Shown one piece after another: positions 56,918 through 64,000 of a stretch of DNA of 64,000 bases (its first letter is position 1; every line of letters starts with the position of its first letter). Made by a program: the position numbers and the translations under genes. The stretch is from an uncultured Gammaproteobacteria bacterium (lineage in GTDB: Bacteria; Patescibacteriota; Microgenomatia; UBA1406; GWC2-37-13), in assembly GCA_964610165.1 (NCBI GenBank), contig CAZSUZ010000001.1, positions 1,250-65,249 of the forward strand, read 5' to 3'. The notes below the pieces were generated by a model that saw only the letters and a list, made by a program, of their open reading frames with translations, was not told the DNA's origin and did no database searches.

Positions 56918-58007
56918 TATAGCAAAATCTGCCCCAAAGCTTCCTATTTCGTTTACATTATTTGTGTTACCAATAATTCTATCTGTTATTGGGCTTATAT
57001 TTGTTTTCGAATCTTCATCGATTCGTTCATTATCAGAAACTGGAGATAGTTTTCATTATTTAAAACTGCAAGGTTTTTGGATTGTTTTTGGCATTATAGG
57101 TATGTTTGTACTTTCGTTTTTTAATTATAAGCATTTATATTTAATTTCATTTCCATTTTTAGCTATTGTTATTGTTCTGTTGATGGTTGTGTTAATTCCT
57201 GCAATTGGTCATACAGCTGGTGGTACACAAGGCTGGATTGATTTGGGGTTTTTTAATATGCAGCCAACAGAGTTTGCTAAAGTTGCACTTATTATTTATT
57301 TAGCTTCTTGGTTTTCTAAAAAAGAGAAAAGTAAATTTCTTCCTTTTTTAATGCTTATGGGTTTTTTAATATTACTTATTATGTTGCAGCCAGATTTAGG
57401 AGCAGCAACAATTATTTTTTGTTTATCTGTTTCCATTTATTACTTAGCTGGTCAGGATTTAAAATATCTATTACTACTTTTCCCAGTTTCAGTGATTGGA
57501 TTTTTATTACTTGTTTTTGCAGCACCATATAGATTAAAAAGATTAACTGCTTTTTTAAATCCAACAGAGGATCCTCAAGGTGTTGGATATCATATTAATC
57601 AAATACTTATATCGCTTTCTAATGGTGGTATGTTTGGTCAAGGTTTTGGCGCTTCAAGACAAAAATATTTATTTTTACCAGAAGCACATACAGATTCTAT
57701 TTTTGCAATTTATGGTGAAGAACTTGGTTTTATTGGCTCTGTTATTTTAATTGGGGCGTACGTTTTCTTTTTATATAAACTACTTAGAATTTATGAAAGT
57801 ACTTCTGACAAATTTGCACAATTATTAATTGGTGGTATTTTAGCTTTTTTTGGGTTGCAGATTATGATTAATTTAGGTGGAATGGTAGGGCTAATGCCAC
57901 TGACTGGTGTCCCTCTTCCTTTTATTTCATACGGAGGATCTCATATTTTAATTTCATTTGCGTTAGTTGGTATTGCTGTGAATATTGCTAAATCTTCAAG
58001 AGTATAA
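56898..58007 (+). CDS. ftsW: SEDS-family peptidoglycan glycosyltransferase FtsW
   Basis: About 10 TM. QPTEFAK, GVPLPFISYGGS. Overlaps the murD end by 20 nt. ORF track starts at TTG 56892. Confidence 0.9.
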   Translation: MKKRIRSIAKSAPKLPISFTLFVLPIILSVIGLIFVFESSSIRSLSETGDSFHYLKLQGFWIVFGIIGMFVLSFFNYKHLYLISFPFLAIVIVLLMVVLIPAIGHTAGGTQGWIDLGFFNMQPTEFAKVALIIYLASWFSKKEKSKFLPFLMLMGFLILLIMLQPDLGAATIIFCLSVSIYYLAGQDLKYLLLLFPVSVIGFLLLVFAAPYRLKRLTAFLNPTEDPQGVGYHINQILISLSNGGMFGQGFGASRQKYLFLPEAHTDSIFAIYGEELGFIGSVILIGAYVFFLYKLLRIYESTSDKFAQLLIGGILAFFGLQIMINLGGMVGLMPLTGVPLPFISYGGSHILISFALVGIAVNIAKSSRV

Positions 58008-58012
58008 TTTCA

Positions 58013-58021
58013 TGCTACAAT
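58013..58021 (+). promoter_or_regulatory. extended -10 TGcTACAAT 6 nt upstream of the murG ATG
   Basis: tgctacaat, spacer tacttc, ATG at 58028. Confidence 0.5.
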
Positions 58022-58027
58022 TACTTC

Positions 58028-59143
58028 ATGGACAAGGTAAAAAAGATTTTAATTACTGGTGGACATGCAACTCCTGCACTAGCAGTTATCGATCGCATAA
58101 AAGAACGAAGTAAATATACACATTTAGTATTTGTAGGTAGAAAATATACAAGCGAAAAAGAAAAACAGATAGAAAGTTTTGAATATCAAGAAGTAACTGC
58201 ACGTAAAATTCCTTTTATACATTTGTCAACCGGAAGATTAACGCGTATTCTTGCAGTAAGATCTTTGATGAGCATTTTTCAAATACCACAAGGATTTATT
58301 TCTGCATGGAGAATACTTAAAGAAGAAAAGCCAGAAGCAGTTTTATCATTTGGCGGGTATATTGCACTACCTATTGCCATATGTGCCAAGCTTATGGGAA
58401 TTAAAGTGTATACCCATGAACAAACAATAGCGCCAGGTTTGGCGAATAAATATATTGCACGCTTTGCAGATACTATTTTTCTTTCTTTCCCAGAATCTGC
58501 AATTCATTTTAAAGATAAAAATATTATTCTTTCAGGAAATCCTGTAAGACAAAGTGTTTTTGAATCTCGTGTAACCATACTTCCAAAAAAAAATAAGCCA
58601 TGTATTTATATAACAGGAGGTTCTCTTGGTGCACATGCAATAAACGAATTAATAGAACAAATGTTACATGAATTATTAGAATCTTATTATGTAATACACC
58701 AAACTGGGAGCGTTGGAGAATTTCAAGATTATGAAAGACTTTCTAAATTACGAGATGCACTTCCAGATGATCTAAAAGAGCGTTATCTTATAAAAGAACA
58801 TATCTCTGATGAAGAAATAGGCGCAATTTATAAGTGTGCAGATATTGTGATTGGAAGATCTGGAGCAAATACATTTTTTGAAATGATTGCCTTAAAAAAA
58901 CCAACTATTTTTATTCCTCTTCCTTGGTCTGCACATGCAGAACAAGAACATCACGCACAGATTTTTAAAAAACATAAAGTGGGTGAAATAGTTCATCAAT
59001 CAGAAGGAAGTGCTCAATTATTAAAGATTATTCAACAAGTTGTTTCAAAAAAAGAAGAATATGCGTCTCATTTTAATTCATTATCAACATATAACCATAT
59101 AAATGCAGCGGATACAATCATTGATACCATTTTTAAGGAGTAA
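58028..59143 (+). CDS. murG: undecaprenyldiphospho-muramoylpentapeptide beta-N-acetylglucosaminyltransferase
   Basis: TGGHATPALAV, GGSLGA, GRSGANTFFE. Confidence 0.9.
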   Translation: MDKVKKILITGGHATPALAVIDRIKERSKYTHLVFVGRKYTSEKEKQIESFEYQEVTARKIPFIHLSTGRLTRILAVRSLMSIFQIPQGFISAWRILKEEKPEAVLSFGGYIALPIAICAKLMGIKVYTHEQTIAPGLANKYIARFADTIFLSFPESAIHFKDKNIILSGNPVRQSVFESRVTILPKKNKPCIYITGGSLGAHAINELIEQMLHELLESYYVIHQTGSVGEFQDYERLSKLRDALPDDLKERYLIKEHISDEEIGAIYKCADIVIGRSGANTFFEMIALKKPTIFIPLPWSAHAEQEHHAQIFKKHKVGEIVHQSEGSAQLLKIIQQVVSKKEEYASHFNSLSTYNHINAADTIIDTIFKE

Positions 59144-59846
59144 ACTTCTTCCAATAATTATTTTTTTAGTTACTTTTATTGGCATATTTATTGGACTATA
59201 TATTGCAGATAATACCTTTCGTATTAAACATATTAATCTTCAACCTAGTCATAAAAGAAACGCAGATTTAAGAGGTATACAAACATTAAAAGGTCAATAT
59301 ATTGTGTTTTTAGATGAAAAAGAAATTGCAGAATCAATACAAATTCGCAATGCGTATGTAAGAAATGTAGAGATTACAAAAATATATCCAGACACGCTGA
59401 ATGTAAAGGTTTCGTATTATGTTCCGCTTGCAATACTTACAGTTCCAGATGGTTTTTTTCTTTTAGGTGATGAAGCTGTAATACTAGAAAAAAGCAGAGA
59501 AGCCTTTTCTAATAAGCTACCGAAGATGACTTATTATCAAAATGTTCCTTTTTCAAATTATCAGGCAGGACAGGAATTAAATTTTAAAGATATTAAAGAT
59601 AGCTTATTTTATCTTCAACAACTTTCTGCCTTAAAAAAAACAATAAATAGTATTGATATTAAAGGATTTCATGTGCTAGGATTATATACATCAGATGAGG
59701 TTTATCTCTTCTCATCAGAGAAAGAACGAGAGCAGCAAGTGTATCAACTTGAAGTAACAATGCGTGAATTTATGATAAGTGGAAAACAAATAAAATCGCT
59801 TGATGTACGATTTGATAAACCTGTTGTTGTTTTAAATAGCTTGTAA
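59103..59846 (+). CDS. ftsQ: FtsQ/DivIB-like division protein (TM + POTRA)
   Basis: N-terminal TM, POTRA-like IKHINLQ...LDEKEIAESI. Sits between murG and ftsA. Overlaps the murG end by 41 nt. Confidence 0.7.
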   Translation: MQRIQSLIPFLRSKLLPIIIFLVTFIGIFIGLYIADNTFRIKHINLQPSHKRNADLRGIQTLKGQYIVFLDEKEIAESIQIRNAYVRNVEITKIYPDTLNVKVSYYVPLAILTVPDGFFLLGDEAVILEKSREAFSNKLPKMTYYQNVPFSNYQAGQELNFKDIKDSLFYLQQLSALKKTINSIDIKGFHVLGLYTSDEVYLFSSEKEREQQVYQLEVTMREFMISGKQIKSLDVRFDKPVVVLNSL

Positions 59847-59910
59847 TTGTTTCTTGAAATAGCAAATATTTCAAAAACAAACGAGCTATTATTTTATTTA
59901 TTGTTTTAAA

Positions 59911-59919
59911 TGTTACAAT
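59911..59919 (+). promoter_or_regulatory. extended -10 TGtTACAAT 6 nt upstream of the ftsA ATG
   Basis: tgttacaat, spacer taaagt, ATG at 59926. Confidence 0.5.
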
Positions 59920-59925
59920 TAAAGT

Positions 59926-61200
59926 ATGGCGGAAAATCTTATTTGTGGAATTGATATCGGAAGTACTAAAGTTGCAACTATTGTCGGTCTTCAATCTCAG
60001 GAAACAAACGAGATTCGTATAATTGGCTTTAACTCTACTCCTTCCCGTGGCGTCAAGAAAGGCCTTATTGTTGATATTGATCAAGTAACAGCATCTGTAG
60101 AAGAAAGTGTTGAAAAAGCAGAACGGATGGCAGGACATCATATTAAAGAAGCGTATGTATCTGTTGGGGGTCCACATATATCTTCTATTAACTCTCATGG
60201 TATTGTTGCAGTTGCAAATCCACAATTTGAAGTAGTGGAAGAAGATGTCCGTCGTGTTATAGAAGCAGCACGAGCAATTTCGTTATCTAATACTAAACAA
60301 ATTATTGAAGTATCCCCAAGAGAATATAGTGTAGATGGTCAGTCAGGAATAAATAATCCTATTGGTATGAGCGGTGTGCGTTTAGAAGTAGACACACATA
60401 TTATTACTGCATCTTCAACAAATTTAAAAAATATTGATAAAGTGCTGAATGATTTAGGTATAACAAATTTAGGTTATATATTTTCTGGTGTTGCAGCAGC
60501 AGAAGCTGTCTTAACAGATACAGAAAAAGATTTAGGTGTTGCACTTATAGATATTGGAGGAGGAAAAATAGATGTCTGTATTTTTGTTGAAGGAGCACTT
60601 GCACATTCCTCTTCAATTCCAATTGGTGCAAGACATATTAGTAATGATATTGCAGTTGGCCTTAGAGTTTCTTTGGAATCAGCCGAAAAAATTAAACTTT
60701 ATTTAAGCGATCATAGAAAACTAGTTGAAGAAACTGTTAAGAAAAAAGATAAGTCATTAATTAGTTCATTTAGATTTGAAATACCAGAATCATTGCCAGA
60801 AATTACACCAAAAGAAGTAATTGATGGTATCATTGGTCCAAGAATTGAAGAAATTTATAGTTATGTTAATGATGAAATTGCAAGAAGCGGATTTGAAAAA
60901 AATATTCCATCAGGAATAGTTATTACAGGTGGTGGATCTCTAACTCTTGGTATGGTAGATATGGGAAGGCGTATTACACGATTACCAGTTCGTATTGGTG
61001 TGCCAGAAAAGGCAAGCGGATTAGTAGATGAAATCACAAGTCCTTTATATGCGGCAACACTCGGACTTGTTTATTATGGCGGTATGCATATGGTAGAAAA
61101 TCAAGCTTCTTTTAAAGACTTCAATAATATTCTGAAAAATTTCACTATGAGTGATATAATGACAAAGGTACAAAAACTAATTAAGCAGTTTATGCCATGA
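59926..61200 (+). CDS. ftsA: cell division protein FtsA
   Basis: Actin-fold motifs GIDIGSTKV, DIGGGKIDV, VITGGGS. C-terminal amphipathic tail. Confidence 0.92.
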   Translation: MAENLICGIDIGSTKVATIVGLQSQETNEIRIIGFNSTPSRGVKKGLIVDIDQVTASVEESVEKAERMAGHHIKEAYVSVGGPHISSINSHGIVAVANPQFEVVEEDVRRVIEAARAISLSNTKQIIEVSPREYSVDGQSGINNPIGMSGVRLEVDTHIITASSTNLKNIDKVLNDLGITNLGYIFSGVAAAEAVLTDTEKDLGVALIDIGGGKIDVCIFVEGALAHSSSIPIGARHISNDIAVGLRVSLESAEKIKLYLSDHRKLVEETVKKKDKSLISSFRFEIPESLPEITPKEVIDGIIGPRIEEIYSYVNDEIARSGFEKNIPSGIVITGGGSLTLGMVDMGRRITRLPVRIGVPEKASGLVDEITSPLYAATLGLVYYGGMHMVENQASFKDFNNILKNFTMSDIMTKVQKLIKQFMP

Positions 61201-61239
61201 TATTTTGTATTAATACAAAATAGTTATAAGATATATATT

Positions 61240-62394
61240 ATGTTAATTAAACCAAAAGCAGGACAAGCAGCAAAAATTAAAGTAGTTGGCGTTGGAGGTG
61301 GCGGAGGCAATGCTATTTCTTCTATGATAAACGAAGGTGGCATTGAAGGTGTTGAATTTGTGGCCGTAAATACAGATGCTCAAGCTTTACTTCATAACAA
61401 AGCAGAAATTAAAATTCAAATTGGAGATCAACTTACTAAAGGTTTAGGATCTGGTGGAGATCCAGAAGTTGGTAGACAAGCAGCAGAAGAATCTCGAGAA
61501 AAATTAAAAGATGAATTGGGTAATGCAGATATGATCTTTATTACTTGTGGTGAAGGTGGTGGAACAGGTACAGGTGCATCTCCGATTGTTGCAGAAGTCG
61601 CAAAAGAATCTGGAGCACTTACAGTTGCTGTTGTAACAAAGCCATTTGATTTTGAAGGTTCACCACGAAGAAGATCAGCAGAAGAAGGAACAGGAAGATT
61701 AAAAGACAATGTAGATACCCTTATTGTTATTCCAAATCAAAGAGTTCTTCAGGTTATTGATAAAAAAACTTCAATTATTGAAGCATTTAATAGAATAGAT
61801 AATGTACTTCATCAAGCTGTAAAAGGAATTGCAGAACTTATTACCTTACCAGGACTTATTAATGTAGATTTTGCAGACGTTAAAGCAATTATGCAAAGTT
61901 CTGGAAATGCCATTATGGGAATGGGTTTAGGAAGTGGAGATAAGCGAGCAGTTGCAGCAATTCGACAAGCAATTTCTTCCCCTTTATTAGATACCTCTAT
62001 TGAAGGAGCAAAAGGTATTTTGTTAAATATCGTTGGAGGATCTGATTTAAGCATGACAGAAATTGATGAAGCAGCAACTATGATATCTAAATCTGTAGAT
62101 CCAGATGCAAATATTATTTTTGGAGCTGCAATTGATGAAAAACTTATAGATCAAATTAAAATTACAGTCATTGCAACTCGTTTTGATGAAAAACGAATGA
62201 AATTATTCCAATTTCAAAGACCAAGACAGGAAGAAATTCAATCTAAAGAAGAAGAGCCACAACAACAAGAAGATGTAAATTTATATCCACCAGAAGAAGA
62301 AGAGCCACAACAACCTTCACCTCGACCAACACCTACTTCAGCACCAGCTGATTCTGATGAATTTGATATTCCTGCATTCTTAAGAAGAAAATAA
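61240..62394 (+). CDS. ftsZ: cell division GTPase FtsZ
   Basis: VGVGGGGGNA, NTDAQAL, GEGGGTGTGASP. Duplicated EEEPQQ linker and C-terminal peptide DEFDIPAFLRRK. Confidence 0.97.
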   Translation: MLIKPKAGQAAKIKVVGVGGGGGNAISSMINEGGIEGVEFVAVNTDAQALLHNKAEIKIQIGDQLTKGLGSGGDPEVGRQAAEESREKLKDELGNADMIFITCGEGGGTGTGASPIVAEVAKESGALTVAVVTKPFDFEGSPRRRSAEEGTGRLKDNVDTLIVIPNQRVLQVIDKKTSIIEAFNRIDNVLHQAVKGIAELITLPGLINVDFADVKAIMQSSGNAIMGMGLGSGDKRAVAAIRQAISSPLLDTSIEGAKGILLNIVGGSDLSMTEIDEAATMISKSVDPDANIIFGAAIDEKLIDQIKITVIATRFDEKRMKLFQFQRPRQEEIQSKEEEPQQQEDVNLYPPEEEEPQQPSPRPTPTSAPADSDEFDIPAFLRRK

Positions 62395-62430
62395 TTTACA
62401 TATTAACTACTTATTCTTATCCTCTTTTTT

Positions 62431-62459
62431 TTGTATTTCGTATTTTTGGTGCATATAAT
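62431..62459 (+). promoter_or_regulatory. sigma70-like promoter TTGTAT-17-TATAAT for the first post-ftsZ small gene
   Basis: ttgtat (62431-62436), 17-nt spacer, tataat (62454-62459). SD AGGAGG at 62486-62491. Confidence 0.55.
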
Positions 62460-62496
62460 TATAAAACCGTTCGTTTCTATTTCTTAGGAGGTAACG

Positions 62497-62859
62497 ATGT
62501 TTACTAAAGTAACGTTGTACCATAAGGATATTGTAGAAGGGCAAGAGGTGCTTAGGGCTGTAGGTGAGTTAGAGATTTACCTTGATCATTTAAAGGTAAT
62601 CTATAACTCAACTGTTCAAAATGAGGATAGGCAGGTACCAACACAAGATGATGCAGATTTTGAGTCAATCGAAAAATCGTTTGACTCACGTCGATTGTGG
62701 ATGAGTAACTCCCGTACAGTCGGGATTAATTTCCAGACTAATATGGTAAGCGTATCATTTGTTCGAGGTAAAAAGCCAACATACTTTTTGCTAGATCCAA
62801 AAGAGGTAACCCGCTCTTTGGATAGTATGGGTGCTTTCTCTGCTCTTGTTGCACACTGA
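62497..62859 (+). CDS. hypothetical small protein, paralog family member 1
   Basis: 120 aa. AGGAGG 5 nt upstream of the ATG. C-terminal motif PTYFLLDPKEVTRSLDSMG is shared with the next two ORFs. Confidence 0.65.
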   Translation: MFTKVTLYHKDIVEGQEVLRAVGELEIYLDHLKVIYNSTVQNEDRQVPTQDDADFESIEKSFDSRRLWMSNSRTVGINFQTNMVSVSFVRGKKPTYFLLDPKEVTRSLDSMGAFSALVAH

Positions 62860-62988
62860 TGAATCGGTCGCTCGTAGACTAGGATGTATGGCAGCATTTT
62901 GAATAGCTTCGAAATAGTATAGCCGCACAAATCTGTTCTACGGGCGGTTATACTTCTTAATAACTATAAGTCATATTTTTCTTTAAAG

Positions 62989-62997
62989 TGTTATAAT
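62989..62997 (+). promoter_or_regulatory. extended -10 TGtTATAAT for the second post-ftsZ small gene
   Basis: tgttataat at 62989-62997. This gives a leader of about 35 nt. SD AAGGAG at 63028-63033. Confidence 0.5.
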
Positions 62998-63039
62998 ATA
63001 TTTTCGTTTTCGGTTCACTTTGACAACAAGGAGTTTGCA

Positions 63040-63354
63040 ATGCATCTCATAGAAACAAGGAGTTGTATTAATGGGTGTTTAAAAAAAGTTGATATTGGCC
63101 TGCTCGTTTGCCCAGATGGGTATTTGATGGTTAGAGGTCATAACTTTTTTTTGATTATGAACCTTGAAAAGCAACCATTGCAGTATCCATTGATTGGTCA
63201 AACGAAAACAGGTGAGAATGTAGAATTTGATCGTTTACATTTTGACGATCAAGAAGTGATACAGATCACCATTGATGATGAAGAACCATTGTACTGTGAT
63301 CCTGTTGAGTTCAAAACAGAACTTATGGAGTCACTTGGTATCGTTGTAGTCTAG
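63040..63354 (+). CDS. hypothetical small protein, paralog family member 2
   Basis: 104 aa. AAGGAG 6 nt upstream. C-terminal PLYCDPVEFKTELMESLG. Confidence 0.65.
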   Translation: MHLIETRSCINGCLKKVDIGLLVCPDGYLMVRGHNFFLIMNLEKQPLQYPLIGQTKTGENVEFDRLHFDDQEVIQITIDDEEPLYCDPVEFKTELMESLGIVVV

Positions 63355-63380
63355 CCCGATTCAGTAAGGAGATTCTTATT

Positions 63381-63731
63381 ATGTCAGTGCCAATTTGTGA
63401 GCTTCACCAAATGTATGGCTGGAACATAGAATTTGAGAAGTCTGAGACAGGCGGTACAGTAATTGTTATCAAGCTTCAAAAGAAGATCTTTCGAATTCCA
63501 TTCGGTTTTAGTTTTGTTGCTCAGGGACTTAATACAGTTTTGACAGCAACTCAGCCGAAAGATTTGAAAGTTCCATTTGAAGCAGTTCAAATTGTTGGTG
63601 AAGCGTTTGTCGTTTTCAAATTAAATGGCAAACTGCTTTATGTTCACCGTGAACAATTTGAGAGTGAATTGAAGCAATCGTTGGAGACTAACAAGCTGCC
63701 TATGCAACCAGTGCCAGATAGCGTAGCTTGA
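63381..63731 (+). CDS. hypothetical small protein, paralog family member 3
   Basis: 116 aa. AAGGAG 9 nt upstream. LLYVHREQFESELKQSLE aligns with member 2. Confidence 0.65.
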   Translation: MSVPICELHQMYGWNIEFEKSETGGTVIVIKLQKKIFRIPFGFSFVAQGLNTVLTATQPKDLKVPFEAVQIVGEAFVVFKLNGKLLYVHREQFESELKQSLETNKLPMQPVPDSVA

Positions 63732-63756
63732 GTCTTTTTCTAGCAGTTAGTCAAAC

Positions 63757-63796
63757 TTGCAGGGTGGAGGTCAATCCCTTCATCCTGCAATATTTT
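63757..63796 (+). terminator. intrinsic terminator after the three-gene paralog array
   Basis: ttgcagggtgga / ttcatcctgcaa, a 12-bp stem with two G-U pairs and a 10-nt loop, then tatttt. Confidence 0.75.
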
Positions 63797-63840
63797 ACTT
63801 ACTCTTTCAAATTTACCTCTTTTTTATTACAATATAACCC

Positions 63841-64000
63841 ATGTCTAACCAACCTAAACCAGAACAGAACAATCAAACAAATGTCTTTATCGAAATGGAG
63901 CATAAATGGCTCAAGCATTGGTATGAAAAAGGTGTGGTAGAAAAATATCTTCATAAAAACGATTCTTCAGATAAAAGATTTTCTTTTCAAGACGGTCCAA
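63841..64000 (+). CDS. ileS: isoleucyl-tRNA synthetase, N-terminal fragment running off the window
   Basis: Hand translation gives MSNQPKPEQNNQTNVFIEMEHKWLKHWYEKGVVEKYLHKNDSSDKRFSFQDGP. The E..W...W....KRFSFQDGPP pattern is class I IleRS-like. TACAAT lies 7 nt upstream of the ATG. It is absent from the ORF track because it has no stop. Confidence 0.7.
   Translation, partial: MSNQPKPEQNNQTNVFIEMEHKWLKHWYEKGVVEKYLHKNDSSDKRFSFQDGP

Noticed and set aside
62497-63731. Claiming a clear G+C shift (horizontal transfer) for the three post-ftsZ genes.
   Set aside because: Hand counts of their first 60 nt gave 23, 19 and 24 G+C. ftsZ itself gave 22, so the difference from conserved core genes is not demonstrable without a proper calculation.
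63728-63940. 70-aa plus-strand ORF from the track.
   Set aside because: It spans the terminator and overlaps, in another frame, the clear IleRS N-terminus that starts at 63841.
1-64000. CRISPR arrays, IS elements or transposases, integrases, and tRNA or rRNA genes.
   Set aside because: I saw no regularly spaced direct repeats, no transposase or integrase motifs in any ORF, and no GTTCGAATC-type T-loops in intergenic DNA. This was a by-eye scan, so short or degenerate elements could have been missed.

Overview
This is an AT-rich, densely packed bacterial window dominated by cell-envelope and cell-division genes. The small compact genes, many of them lacking a Shine-Dalgarno (SD) sequence, resemble a reduced-genome Patescibacteria/CPR-type lineage. 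That lineage assignment is inference only.

The dcw/mur cluster is present but split into four blocks:
- mraZ-rsmH-ftsL-ftsI-murE-pgeF
- murC
- murB-murA, then dgkA-mraY
- PBP1A, a PP-loop protein, murD-ftsW-murG-ftsQ-ftsA-ftsZ

Housekeeping genes lie between the blocks: metG, rpsO-pnp, ftsK, mltG, murJ, tpiA, uvrD-like, rnhB, cyclophilin and a partial ileS. Accessory genes are also interposed.

I found no rRNA, tRNA, CRISPR array, transposase or integrase.

The most interesting signals:
1. A roughly 5 kb accessory module between murC and murB (26.3-31.3 kb). It holds a CRP-type regulator whose recognition helix matches CRP, and four TGTGA-N6-TCACA-type boxes. These sit in front of an orphan PAS histidine kinase, the regulator itself, a phosphoribosyltransferase (PRTase), and a G+C-shifted 343-aa protein with no recognisable motif.
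2. A recurrent (TGn)TAnAAT hexamer 5-9 nt upstream of the ATG of at least 13 genes. This implies mostly leaderless expression. A small minority of genes instead has a classical promoter, 5' UTR and AAGGAG SD.
3. Three tandem paralogous small proteins directly after ftsZ.
4. A PP-loop ATPase with a CxxCxxC motif directly upstream of murD, a candidate MurL/MurD2-type D-Glu route.
5. A GC-rich ~37-nt intergenic motif present twice.
6. An operon encoding a solute-binding-like protein, a 694-aa bitopic protein and a sortase, plus a distant LPVAG-tailed Thr/Pro-rich candidate substrate.

All functional calls come from motifs read in the supplied translations. No database search was possible.
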